From positions 248,001 through 312,000 of the forward strand of contig JAPETS010000028.1 of NCBI GenBank assembly GCA_026023565.1: a DNA stretch of 64,000 bases. Direction: 5' to 3'. This DNA is from Cirrosporium novae-zelandiae (lineage: Eukaryota). Below, one piece after another: positions 1 through 11,750 of this stretch (its first letter is position 1; each line of letters starts with the position of its first letter). Under the pieces are notes generated by a model. That model ran no database searches and was not told the DNA's origin. It worked only from the letters and a program-made list of their open reading frames with translations. The position numbers were made by a program, and so were the translations under genes.

Positions 1-1819
1 CTTGCCAACCGCGATCTGGTGTAGTTTATCACTTCCTCCTCTGTCAATTTTGCTCCCTCCGGACTTGGTCTCCTGACTACATATGCCCTCGGGAATTCCG
101 TCTCATGGCGATCGAATTGCACTCCGATTACCGCCGCGTCAACGATATGAGGATGAGATAATAGAATCGCTTCAATTTCAGGAGGGGCAACTTGGAACCC
201 TCGGACTTTGATGAGTTCCTAAATATCATCTCAGAACTTGTCTATTTATCTGTTGCATATTATAGCATCTGAGCTTGACTAACCTTTTTCCTATCAATAA
301 TGTACCATAGTTTACTCTTGCCGTCACAGAAACCTATGTCTCCCGTTTTGAAGAATCCTTCCGAATCAAATGAATCTGTATTCGCCTTGGGGTTTTCGAA
401 ATATCCGTTGGTCACCGTAGGACCGCGAAGACAAATCTCTCCTTGAACATCATACCCAGTGATGTCTTTACCATCGTCGTCTATCAACCTAGAGTACTAT
501 GTTAACAACCTGAATGCCACAACAAATGAAACTCTTACTTTGCATCAAGGTTGGGTAAAAATCTACCCACACTACCTGTGCTATCTCTTTCTGGATATGC
601 AATGCGGGTAGCAATACAGCTTGTTTCAGTCATACCCCAAACCTGGGTAAATGGTGCGCCATCTGCTAATAGAGCCTCGAATCGACCCTGTGGTTCTTTG
701 CCCAAAGGAGCCGCGCCACAGGTGGCAGCACGAACGGATCTGAGACTATATTTATTCGTGATTGGAGACATGATGGTGGCGATTACGATTGGAGGTACAA
801 TTCCAAGATCGGATATCCGATATTTTTCTATACTCGCCAGAAAGTATTCAAGTTCGAATCGACGTAAAACATAACCCGTGGCTCCCTCGCGAAGACATGC
901 AGTATGGGCGGATGGGAATATTGCTGCATGAAACATCGGCATGCATAGTATTCTCGAACGCTAAGCCAGGTAAGCATGGAGACCAAGCAACATTCAAAGG
1001 ATTGTCGAAATTACCTCATGGGGGCAAGGAACTATCTCCACAACCAGCGTGTGTTCAGCGATAAGATTGTGGTGAGAAAGCATGGCTGCTTTGGGTAACC
1101 CAGTTGTCCCCGAGCTAAACAGCCTGGCAGCAGTCGTATTTTTAGACATTTCTTCATCATCAAAACAAACCCAGTCTTGCTCCCCATGCTGCATCAATGT
1201 TGTCCACGAGCAGAATCCCTTTGGTAGCTGTTGTCCGGAATTATCAAATACCCATATGTTTTCCGTCGGGATATGACATTCCTTGCCTGCTGCAAGCAGA
1301 GGTTCAAATATCTCCGGTTCTGATATCAAATATTTTACCTTCGCGATCTTGATATTATGAATCAATTCGTGTTGCGTATACGCGGGATTGGTCCCAGTGA
1401 AGACACCTCCAGCGGCAATAACACCGAGAACCACCATCGGATAATTAACCTAGCGAACATTAAGTGAGCGCTTCCATAGCAATCATAACCAATGCCAGAA
1501 AAAGCGCGCAAGATAGCAATAAACATACATCGTTAAAGCCATGCAAGCAAACGCAATCACCCCTTTCCAATCCCGCAGCCCTAAATCCAGCAACGAGCTT
1601 TCGAATAATGGACCGAGCCTGTTTAGCTGATATCGACCTAGTCGGATTTTTGGCATCGATATATATCTTTACTAGAAAGTCAGACGGATTGATTCGATGA
1701 ATATCAAATTAACAACTCACCGGCTTATCCCAATCATATCTCATACCAGCATTATCAAACATCCAACTAACAAGATCCTTGGTGGGAATCGAAACGTGTT
1801 TCTGTGCCAAAAATACCAT
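1..1819 (-). CDS. 4-coumarate-CoA ligase-like acyl-CoA synthetase (AMP-binding family); multi-exon, 3' end runs off the window start
   Basis: ATG at 1819 (MVFLAQKHVSIPTKDLVSW). Motifs FSSGTTGLPK, QVWGMTE, GEICLRGP, FFKTGDIG, IIDRKK|ELIKVRGFQVAPPEIE lie in exons separated by GT-AG introns (e.g. 1720-1667). Confidence 0.92.
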
Positions 1820-2959
1820 GATTAAACGTAATGATAGTATAATGAATCTTAAAAAGAAAAATGAGATTCTAAAAATCAACGACAAGACAGGATTGCATGT
1901 ATGTATGCAACTATCATAATTCTCCTAACTGTAGGATACACCCTGCAAGATATACTTGGTTGTGCGTGGACTGTCTATCTCGCAGTTCTCATCCAGCCCA
2001 GTCCAATAATCCAATCCACGGCCATGATCATGGATTGAGATGCATGGGACCTGTATCCCTCCCTCCCCTCTTATGACCTTAGCGTACCACAAAGAAAGTA
2101 CTATTCCTCCCGAGCTGGGGAGGGGAAACAAATCACTATCTCGGTATCTATACATTAACTACATATCACAAACCACCATTACTATCTCAAACAACAATCA
2201 ATCCAATCGAATTTTTTTTCTCTTGTACTTAGTACCATATGTAATACACGATCAGCGTATCCCATAAGCCAACTTTTCGGATATAAAATTGATGTGGGGT
2301 AATAGACTACAAGTTGCCTAGGTGCCTAGGTACCTACAGTAGGTGGTAATACCAGGTAGGGTAGAAAGTACCGAATACCGAAGACCAGTCGAGATACCGA
2401 GGAAGCTATCTCGGTAAACTTATTTTGCTGTACAAAGTATTTGCATGATATGAGAGTAGTAGTGTTTCCTCCTTCTAAACGAGGGGTTTGTGTTAGATAT
2501 GTTATTAATATCGCAACTTGAGGGGGTTAAACGCGGTATTAGTATTAGCATTTTGAACGTGGGTGTGGATAGATGAGTTATATGCTTGTGTATAAGTAGT
2601 CTATACTTTGCTTGAAGGAGAGGGTGAGATGGAGTGGGAGAGGAGTTTTCAAGTAAAACGGAGCGTATTCGTGGAGCCTTCACCCAGACGCGTCCTAGCA
2701 GGATGAGCTCGATAATACACGTGACCGCTCTCGCAACCCTTACCCTTTTTACTTCTTCCCTCTCTTTTTTTCACCTTACCTTCACGCACCAACCCCAACG
2801 TTCGTGCTGGTCATCAGGAATTGACCCTCCATACATTATGTAATGAAGATCATGAGACAAGAGGAATTACGGGCCATCCGCGCAGCCTGCTGCAAAATGA
2901 GCTCCTCTCCCTATCTCTCCTTCAATTCCACATATCACTCAACACCTCTCCGCTATCCA

Positions 2960-3230
2960 ATAGCATATTGTTACAGTCACCATAGACAGAACAAGTCTTC
3001 CTATTCCACAAGGATCGCGGGACAGCCTGAACCATATCCAGACGTTAGTCGATCGGTGGATGAAACGTCTTCGCAGGTGCTTGTCTACCGAGCAACGCCA
3101 ACCCTTTCTACAACCGTAATTCATACGAAGAAACTGCACAAATTAAAAGTATATATACTATACTCGTTGTCTCCGTATGGCCTTTAAGAGAAGAGCAATA
3201 TCATCGTCGAGCTGCAATAAAAAAATCATT
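2960..3230 (+). pseudogene. Possible highly decayed BTB/POZ-domain gene relic
   Basis: Frameshifted fragments IVTVTI / TEQVFLFHKD and YGL*EKSNIIVELQ* resemble the fungal BTB pattern IVTxxVGxExxxFxVHKDLL ... LYxLAEKYxIxxLQN. Motif recognition only. Confidence 0.25.
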
Positions 3231-3841
3231 CCTTGCAGAGGCTCAAAAGGAAGCATAGATTTAATACACATCTCTTCACAAACATTAGGGAGTTTTAGTG
3301 TAGAAATGGGTTAATTAGACTGACGAGTGTTCAATAGTTACAGAAGATTTTAACAAGACAAATGTTACCCGCGAGGCTAAAGAAAAATTATATAATGATT
3401 ACCTGCTGCATTTGTCATTGGTGAACATGTCTAGATATGTCTGCTGACCTCCATTACTATGGAACAAGAACTACGCCTTCGTTCGCAAAGATAGTACTGC
3501 GCAAAACTCTAAACTACGGAAAAGATTTTCGTTGTAGAATGAGAAGAGGAAAAGAACATATCGTCAGCTTCTTTGGAAGTAACTTGTATATTTGTTAGAA
3601 ATTTTAGGAGTGTGCTTATGACGTGGCTTGGCAGATTAATCGTAATGATTGGTGAAGAGGTGGGAGCTTATTCTACGAACTCAAGTCTTCAGACTGGGTT
3701 AGGGGACAGGAAAGTCGAAACACTCTACATTGTATGCTGCAGACATTATATTGCTCACATGAACACAGTAGTAATTCTATTACACGAGTTTTCTAGGGCT
3801 CCTCTATACCATCTTCTTACACCCTATCATACCCCCTAACA

Positions 3842-4864
3842 TTATAGAGAGATAACCACCTTCTTAGCGGACATGCCCTTCTTCTGAAGGTCAAATCCGG
3901 CTTGAATGTACTCGAGACCTTTCCCAACGACTTCCGGGTCCGGAGCGACGATATATTTGCCTTCTGCGAGAGCCTTTGGCAGGAAATTCGCGTAAATGGC
4001 GTCTCCAACTTCGTTGTTCTTAAGGCTACTGCCAAATATGAACTTGGTGCTGACACCGTCAGGAATCTTCTCTGGTGGTGGCTTGCATGTGGCAATAAAT
4101 TTGTTGCCTTTGGTCTTGAGGAGAACGTCTGCACAGGTTTCAAATACTCCGTTGACGCCGATGGAATCGAATACGCCAGCAACTATCTTACCATTGAGCG
4201 CTGCGACTAGCTCATCGACGATAGTTTTGCTGTGATAGTCAAAAGCCTGGCTAGCACCGAGCTTTTTAACATAATCGAAATTCTTTGGGGAGGCAGTGGT
4301 GATAACCTCATAGCCGGCAGCGACAGCGAGCTGAATACCATTACTGCCAACGCTTGTTGCTCCTCCCCAGATGAGCAGAGCCTTGCCGGTTGGCTTTGGA
4401 GGCACCGAGGGATGTTGAAGTGCCAGATAGTCTTTCTGGAATAGACCGCTGGCTGCGGTGGACAGACCCAAGGGGAGGACAGCAGCGTTTTCATAGGACA
4501 AGGTGCTGGGGATTGGCGATGCCAGGTTGGCTTGAAGGACAGTGTATTCCTGAAAAGCGCTCACGTGCGGCCTGCATTCTATACCGAGTGCATGACCAAG
4601 GACACGATCGCCTATCTTGAAGCGAGAGACGGCACTGCCGACCTCGACGACCTCACCCGCGATATCTTGGCCCAGGATAGTTGGGTAAGTGATCCAGGAG
4701 AATAGGGCCGTGCCCACAGCTTGGATCGCCCAGTCAACCGGATTGATGGCCACTGCGCCATTCTTGATGACAACCTCATTCTCACCCGGAGAAGTGTAAG
4801 GTGCGGACTTGACCTCGAGAGGGGCTTTTGCTGCGGTCAGCCATGCTGCTGTGTTGGAAGGCAT
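3842..4864 (-). CDS. Zinc-independent MDR-family oxidoreductase / trans-enoyl-reductase-like protein (340 aa, single exon)
   Basis: Intact ORF with AINPVDW, GQDIAGEVVEVGSAV, LIWGGATSVG (Rossmann), TTASPKNFDYVKKLGA and terminal SAKKVVISL; no Zn-binding Cys cluster. Confidence 0.93.
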   Translation of the reverse strand: MPSNTAAWLTAAKAPLEVKSAPYTSPGENEVVIKNGAVAINPVDWAIQAVGTALFSWITYPTILGQDIAGEVVEVGSAVSRFKIGDRVLGHALGIECRPHVSAFQEYTVLQANLASPIPSTLSYENAAVLPLGLSTAASGLFQKDYLALQHPSVPPKPTGKALLIWGGATSVGSNGIQLAVAAGYEVITTASPKNFDYVKKLGASQAFDYHSKTIVDELVAALNGKIVAGVFDSIGVNGVFETCADVLLKTKGNKFIATCKPPPEKIPDGVSTKFIFGSSLKNNEVGDAIYANFLPKALAEGKYIVAPDPEVVGKGLEYIQAGFDLQKKGMSAKKVVISL

Positions 4865-5409
4865 TCTGAGCTTAGATGAAGAGCTGAAAAGAACTGGAAG
4901 AGTTGCTGTTATTGGTGTGAAGAGGATGATGCAGTGAACAGAGAAGAGTGGCCTTTTTAAAAGTAGCCTTGTTCGAAGACGTAACGACCTTATATACCTT
5001 GCGTAGCTAACTTTTAGGAGTCGCTATCTCGGAGCACGAGAGGACTTATCGGCATGCTCGGACATGATAAATCCGTTATTTCCATACTTTCTGACGTTAG
5101 CAAGGTGGCGTTTGGAGTAATGTAATGTTTTATTCAGGAGGATGCAATAAAGTATCCAGATATATAACCATAGAAACACTGGTGGTGTCCATTCAGTGCC
5201 TCTCAAATACGACTTGGGGTTAGCGCCGAATAGATACGAGCCGAGGCTAGCGCAAGACCGAGTTATACTTCAGCTCTTCCTGCATGTCTGCTTCCTGGAT
5301 TAATAACCCTTCATACTGTGTACTAAAATCTGGATTTTCTTCATCGCCTGCTTTTGTTTTCCCTGCGCCAGTTCTTTGCATTGACGAGGCTCTATAAATC
5401 ACGTGACCT

Positions 5410-6773
5410 ATGAGCATGATTGTACACTCACAAAGGATTGCAGAGGACGGCAGTCGTAAACGCAGAGCCCACAAGAAATCAAGACAAGGCTGTCGTAACT
5501 GCAAGCTTCGCAGAGTCAAAGTGAGCGACGCTAGCATGTCGTTTTGCAAGGCCGAATTACTGACATTCCCCTCGAGTGCGATGAGACTAAGCCGAAGTGT
5601 AAGAAATGCACAGCTTTCGGGGTTTCCTGTAATTATGATCCCAAGATTCCGGATCTTCAGATGTCCTTGAATAGAACAGCAGGTATCAAGAGCCCACAGA
5701 AACCGCCATGCCCGGCCAATCAAACCTTTCTCAGGAGGGTTCAAGTACCTGCTTCTTTGTATCCGGTCATTATTTCGGATAACTCAACCTTCCAGTTTGA
5801 TAGGCAAAGCTTAGACCGACTTGGTAGGTTCCAGACAAGAACGGCATTCTCTATAGGACCTACTAGAGCCACGAACCTTTACCAGAATCTAATAATCAAC
5901 TCCGCCGGTTCGGTAAGGGCGCACATTGGCTGATCTGATATTCACACTAACATTGACTTTTATACTTAGCATCCGTACCTGATGCATGCCGTCCAGGCCT
6001 TAACAGCTATCCATGACCGCTACTTATTTGAATCGCCCAGCTCGCGACGGTCAATCACAGAGGTCTATCATTGGTCTCGGGCCGCAGCTTTATTCAATCA
6101 AAGGCTATCTACCCCAATTCAACCGCACGATTATGACGCGCTCTGGGCCACGGCCGTTATCCTGGGCATTATCGCATTCTCCTCGATCGAGGAATCGAAG
6201 CCAGAAGAAGCATGGCCGCTCAAACATCCAGAGCCGTCTGATCTCGAATGGCTTAGGATGTGTAACGGCAAGGTGGTGATCGGGCGTGTCATAAACCCTT
6301 TAAGGAGTGGCAGCATTTTCAATCCCCTTGCCGCCGAGGTTAAAATTGACCATCTATCTTCTGCAGCAACCAAACCTGAGATTGAACCGATTTGGCCTGC
6401 ATTCATCCAGCTATACGATCTCGACAACCCGTCAATGATCGACGATAACCCATACCGTGCCGCCGTGCACGCCTTGGCTCTACTCCTCCGCATCGAATGC
6501 GACCAGCCCAACATTGCAAGGTTCCTCTCCTTCGTAAACCATATCCAGCCAGACTTCAAAAGGCTACTAGAGCAAAGAGATCCCCGCGCGCTCTTGCTCA
6601 TGGCATATTGGTATGCAAAGGCCTGCCATTCCATATGGTGGATTAAACGGCGCGCAGTATTGGAATGCCAAGCCACCTGTTTGTACCTGGAGAGATACCA
6701 CTCGGGCGAGACGGTGATACTGGAATTGCTTCGGTTTCCGAAAATGCAATGTGGGCTTTGTGTAACTGATTGA
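5410..6773 (+). CDS. Zn(II)2Cys6 transcription factor, Upc2/Ecm22-like (exons 5410-5520, 5577-5912, 5970-6773; ~416 aa)
   Basis: RRAHKKSRQGCRNCKLRRVK|CDETKPKCKKC...CNY cluster; C-terminal HPYLMHAVQALTAIH, DALWATAVILG and RDPRALLLMAYWY. Splice phases checked. Confidence 0.9.
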
Positions 6774-7019
6774 TAGAGATTCATCCAAACTAATTGTACG
6801 GTATCTAAAATATATGCATTTAACGGTGTAACCTTGTGGCCTTAAACGCACTGTAATACTCTTTTATACCTTTGGCTTAGTGGTTACTCCCGACCTCGGC
6901 CGGGAGCACAATCCGCACCCGAGCCTAAAACAAGAGACCGCTCCCCCTCCCGTTCCCGCCTCCCCGGGCCATAGATATCTAAAACTTCCTTCAGACGACA
7001 AAACAAAGGAGCAATGAAC

Positions 7020-8040
7020 GAACGAATGGATGGATCTTTGACTTGCAGGATAGGTATCTATCTATCTATGCATTATCCGTAGAACCCCCTTTCCAAAAAA
7101 AAATTCGAGTAATGGGCGTAAGATGCTGCATGCATGGCATGGCGAGAGAGTGTTGGTGTGTTGGTGTGTCGGATGGGCAAAGATTAAAGATTAAAGATTA
7201 ATTAATCATCCAATATAACAGTAAGACAGTAGGAGAAGAAATCCGTCTAGGTATCAGTCGATCGTGTTTTTTATCGTTCTAGTTTGTATCAACAGTAGGG
7301 AGAAGAGGTTCAGGTACTGTACTGTATCGATCGATCGTACTGGACTCTCTCCCTCTCTCTCTCTCTTTCTCTCTCTCCATCTCTCTTTCACTCTTTTTCA
7401 CTTTTTTCTTTCTTTTTTTTTCATTCCTATTTTTTCACTGGTATTTAATTCTATCATTCATGAAGTATTAGGTATTAGGTATTAGGTATCGGATAGGGAG
7501 TAAAATTAAAGAGATGGCATAGGATGAGATGGGATGGCGTTATTGGAGGTTTTGATATCTGGTATCTGGTATCAGGTGGTTTGGATGGAAGGATAGAAAG
7601 ATAGAGACTAGCTTTGCTAGCTAGGTATGTAGGTGGGTAAGAGAGTTGGATTAGTCGGACGAGGGAAGTCACGAAATCCAATCCAATCCAATCCATATTC
7701 CGCAATTTGAGAGGCCTAGTCTATTGTAATATCCCAGATTGGATCTGATCCGATCATGGACGTACGTATGTATGTATGTATGTACAGTACATACATATGT
7801 GGAGATGTAATATTATATTATGTTGTACTGGAATATTGTCTGTATATACTTATACTTATACTTATTCTTAGTCGGGGGGGGGGATGAGATTATATACACA
7901 AGGTGGAATAAAGATAGGGTTTGTTTGGATAGATGGATGATTTAGACATGTACGTGTGTCTGGAGTAAAAAGTAAATAGTATAGGGTATAAGGGGGAGGG
8001 GCATGGGGTATAGGAGAAAGGGATGAGAAAACTCAAAGTA
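7020..8040. repeat. Low-complexity, microsatellite-rich intergenic tract ((CT)n, (TATG)n, (AAGATT)n, (GGTATT/A)n, poly-G)
   Basis: Simple repeats are directly visible; no credible ORF. Confidence 0.8.
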
Positions 8041-8278
8041 GTTGGTAGTTGTTCCTAAACCTATTTAAAATCCTTCCTTTTACCATTTACCTACCTCTAC
8101 ATATTTCCCGCAGAGACTCCACTAATGATAATCATCATTGTCATATTTTGAGAAGTCATAATAATAACCAAAGTTCTCAATCTTTCCATATAGTATATAG
8201 GTTCGTTAATGATGCATATATATATTCTTGCTAAACATAGCTTAAATAGCATTAGGATGGGATATACACATACACACA

Positions 8279-8367
8279 TATTGAGTTATCAAAAGGTGAC
8301 CAGGTTACTAAGTAACCTAGTATTGCATATTATACTGAGCATAGTGTATGTAGTGCGTAACTCAACA
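8279..8367. mobile_element. 89-bp solo-LTR/MITE-like insertion, copy 1 (RIP-like decay)
   Basis: Ends TATTGAGTTA...TAACTCAACA; flanks ACACA (8274-8278) / ACATA (8368-8372) form a 5-bp target duplication with one C>T change; homologous to copy 2. Confidence 0.75.
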
Positions 8368-8490
8368 ACATATAGGATGAATAGATTAGGTGTCATATTA
8401 AACGGTACATAACAAGCAAGATCAGGACAGGAGGTATAAAGTATAGATAGATAACGGTGATGAAGAGGGGAACGATGCGTGAAAAGACCA

Positions 8491-8575
8491 TGTTGAGTTA
8501 TCAAAAGGTGACTGGGTTACTGGGTAACCCAGTATTGCATGTTATATTGAGCATGGTACAGTGCGTAACTCAACA
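8491..8575. mobile_element. 85-bp solo-LTR/MITE-like insertion, copy 2
   Basis: Perfect 10-bp terminal inverted repeat TGTTGAGTTA/TAACTCAACA (TG...CA); exact 5-bp target duplication GACCA at 8486-8490 and 8576-8580. Confidence 0.82.
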
Positions 8576-8731
8576 GACCATAGGTAGGCAAAGCCAGTAT
8601 GTATCTGGGTGGAGAGATCTCTGGGATGTGATTGGCTGGTGACCTACTGGTCACGGATTTGCAGACTGGCATATCCCCATGACGGGACCTTTTTTCGAGT
8701 GTGCCTGAGGTTGTTGGAAGCAAATTTTTAT

Positions 8732-11700
8732 TTATGCATAGCACAGGGAGGTCTCCTCGCTTCTTTTAGTCGGAACCGTTTTGCTCAGGCTCGCTTTTCC
8801 TGCTGGTTCTGGCTTTTTGCAGTTTGCCATCTCTGCCTCCAGTAGCTTCACTATGCCTTTATGTCCTTCCTTAGCCGCCAACGACAATAGCGTGTGGCCG
8901 TCATCTAATTTTTGATCGATTTCGATTTCGATTTCACTTCGTTCAAGAAGTAATTTCACTACTCCTTCACGACCATATTCAATTGCTGTGGATAATAGCC
9001 TCGTGGTGTTGTTGGGATTCCTGGCAGTGATGTCAAACCTGTCTTGTTCAAATAGGAATTTCAACATCACTTCGCTTCCACACCTTACTGCACAATGCAA
9101 CCATACCCAGCAATCTTCATCTTCTGTGACAAGCTCTGGCTCATGCTCTAGTAGCAATTTCACAACCCCTTCGTGCTCATATGATATTGCATTCCATAGT
9201 GCTGTATCAGGTTGCTCTTCTTGATGGTCTTTAATCCCCAGAGAAATGAAAAACTTCACTAGTGATTCATGTCCCTTGGAAGCCGCATAAGCTAGCGGTG
9301 TAGCGGCATCGTCGGCTTCTAGATCTGCCTCGGCGCCCTGCTCCAGCAAAAACTTCACCATTGCTTCTTGCCCACTCAATGCCGCATAGAATATTGGTGT
9401 TGCATTATGGACGTCCTTTGCACTAACTTGGGCACCATGCTCTAGGAGCATTTTTGCAATTTTCATCTGCCCGGCTTGTGCTGTAAAGTGCAGTGGACTC
9501 CAGCCATGATGGTTTTGGAGGTCGGCTTCAGCCCCTTGCTCTAAGAGCAATTCCACTGTTGCCTCGTGCATTTGGTCAATTGCTTCGAACAGTGGCGTCT
9601 CCTTATCTTCATTTGTGGCGTTCAAGTCATACCCAAGCTTTAATAGGGTTAGTAATAGCTTGTTCAATCCGAATGCTGCAATAAGATGCATTGTCGTTCC
9701 GTTGCTGTTCATGTTCCTTTTGGCTTTTATAGAATAAGCGACTTTTGATTTATCCAATAAAAAGGGAATAGCGGCAGACTCAATTTGCTCCTCAATCCCA
9801 TGTGCATGGTACCCCCAATAGTTAGAAGCGTAGCTAAAGAAAACATATTCTTGCAATATATCGTTAAAGGCTTCTTTAGTGAGCATAGGACAGCTGAGAG
9901 CGTCATATGATAAATAAGTAAGACAGGCCATCGTGATATTCGTCTGAGAATCAGGTACCCAGAACTCCCCTTTCCGTTGGAAGTATTCCTCTGTCGTGTA
10001 GTGAGCTAGGCGAATGATATTGCTTGTTTCATCAACTGTCACCAAACCAGCACACACAGAAACCATTTCTTCAGGTTCCGGGAGGTTTTCTTCATCAAAT
10101 TCTATGGTGGACTCCTCGATAGCTAGAGCATGCTGAAGTTCTGTGACCGTCATGCGTCTTTTTGCATGTATAATCCAAGATATGACTTCTTTGGCAAGGT
10201 CCTTCAACCCTTCCTTCTGGCTTTCGATTCTCTTTACTGTCTCCGCATAAGCAGTCTCCAGTCCCTCTGACCCTTTCGGGAGTTTCTCCAATGCAATCCT
10301 AATGGCTTTAGGCTTTGTTTTATCAGTTAAAGAATCTAAATGAAGCTGTGCCAACAAAAACCTATTTAGATGTTAATAACTTCCATTTCTCTTTCAAAGC
10401 ACAAGACTAACGCACATTCCGTCAACAGCACTGATGATCCTTGTCTTTATTTCCGTTTGAAGATCTGGTTTCTTTAGAACACATGATGGTAACCGTGGTA
10501 TTTGGTGTTCTAAATAGGTTCGTATGTCTTCCTCGTGTGCGCGAATTTCCAACCATGCGGATCCTTCGAATTTTTTGATTATTTCAGGTATGAATCGCGA
10601 AGTTGCAAACAGGCTCACTTTAGTCGGATTCTGGGATTGAAGTTTAAAGATTTCGGCCAGCAACTGTTCCTGGGTACCATCAACCTTTGAACATTCATCG
10701 AGGGCATCGACAAGAAAATAAACTTTCGAGTATGTTCTGATCATAGAGTTAAGCGCATGTGAAACTTCATCAATGGATGGGGAAGTTCCATGATGAAAAT
10801 GGCGTTCGTAAAGGTCTTGTACATCGGTAGGTAATACTGAATGTTCCTGAACAAGCTGTCTAAGCAAACCTCGTAGGAGCTTCACGCCTTTCTGTGCCTG
10901 CTGCTCGTTATAAATGCAATATAGATATGCAATTCCAATATCACTATGGGCTTGGAAATTTTTCCGGAGATTGTCAACCACAATTGATGTGATTATAGTT
11001 TTGCCTGCCCCGGGAATTCCGGGGCAAAAAAGAGTTTGTTCGGTTCCACTACACCATTTGCGATATATTTCTGATTCTAACAGCCATTGTCCGGTTCCTT
11101 TCTGTCGTTTGTTAATAAAATCACTTTGGTGCACACCATAGTCAGTGGGAGACAGCCAATTTACTATTGTGCGACGTTGTTGGCTGTCTTCGGCTTTATT
11201 TAGTCGATCTACCCCATCTTTGGTCGCTCGTGATGATTTGCTAACAAGAGTTAGTAACACGGTAGAATCATTAAATCATTTCTATACTTCATAAGATTTG
11301 CGTGGAACGAGTTCAAGATGCTAGCATTTGAGGCAATACGAGAACGGAGGTCTCTTATATCCTCCGGTTCCCATCTGATTCTTTTCCATACTTTTCGCGA
11401 TTTATCAGCCCATTTTGCAGGATCGGTGTCCAGGGAATGATATTTGTCAAGTATTTTATGCAAATCGGCAAGCACATTGTTGCAGTTATCAGTAAGTTCT
11501 TTCAGCTTCCTTTGCTGATCATTGGATAAGCCAAGTTCTGATTGACTATCGCCGATATCTTCGAGGACAACCCATAAACCATGAACTCTATCAGATGGCA
11601 GTTAGTAAAAGAATCCACGAACTGACTGGGACATCCTCACTCATCACGAACTGCTTTGAACTCTTCTGGTGCGGTGATAAATCGTCTGTAAATTTTTCGC

Positions 11701-11750
11701 GCCAACTGGGCGGCCATAATCGTGTCACCAACGCCATACCCAAAGCTCAT
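8732..11750 (-). CDS. Fungal NLR-like STAND protein: N-terminal HeLo-like/SesA-type domain + NACHT + ankyrin repeats (exons 11750-11641, 11587-11288, 11240-10416, 10361-8732; ~954 aa)
   Basis: MSFGYGVGD start; Walker A GIPGAGKT; Walker B LVDALDEC; FATSRF; GM|FLLAQLH; ANK repeats (GWSPLHFTAQAG, TPIFYAALSG, TPLAYAASKG). Exon lengths sum to 2865 nt in frame with no internal stop. Confidence 0.92.

Noticed and set aside
6873..6910. Perfect Pol III A-box-like TGGCTTAGTGG followed by a CTCCCG/CGGGAG hairpin
   Set aside because: No B-box (GGTTCRA) at tRNA spacing and no cloverleaf.
8279..8575. Reading the two 85-89 bp repeats as the paired LTRs of one TRIM element, or as a CRISPR-like repeat-spacer
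   Set aside because: Each copy has its own TSD and the outer flanks (ACACA vs GACCA) do not match; there are only two units in a eukaryotic context.
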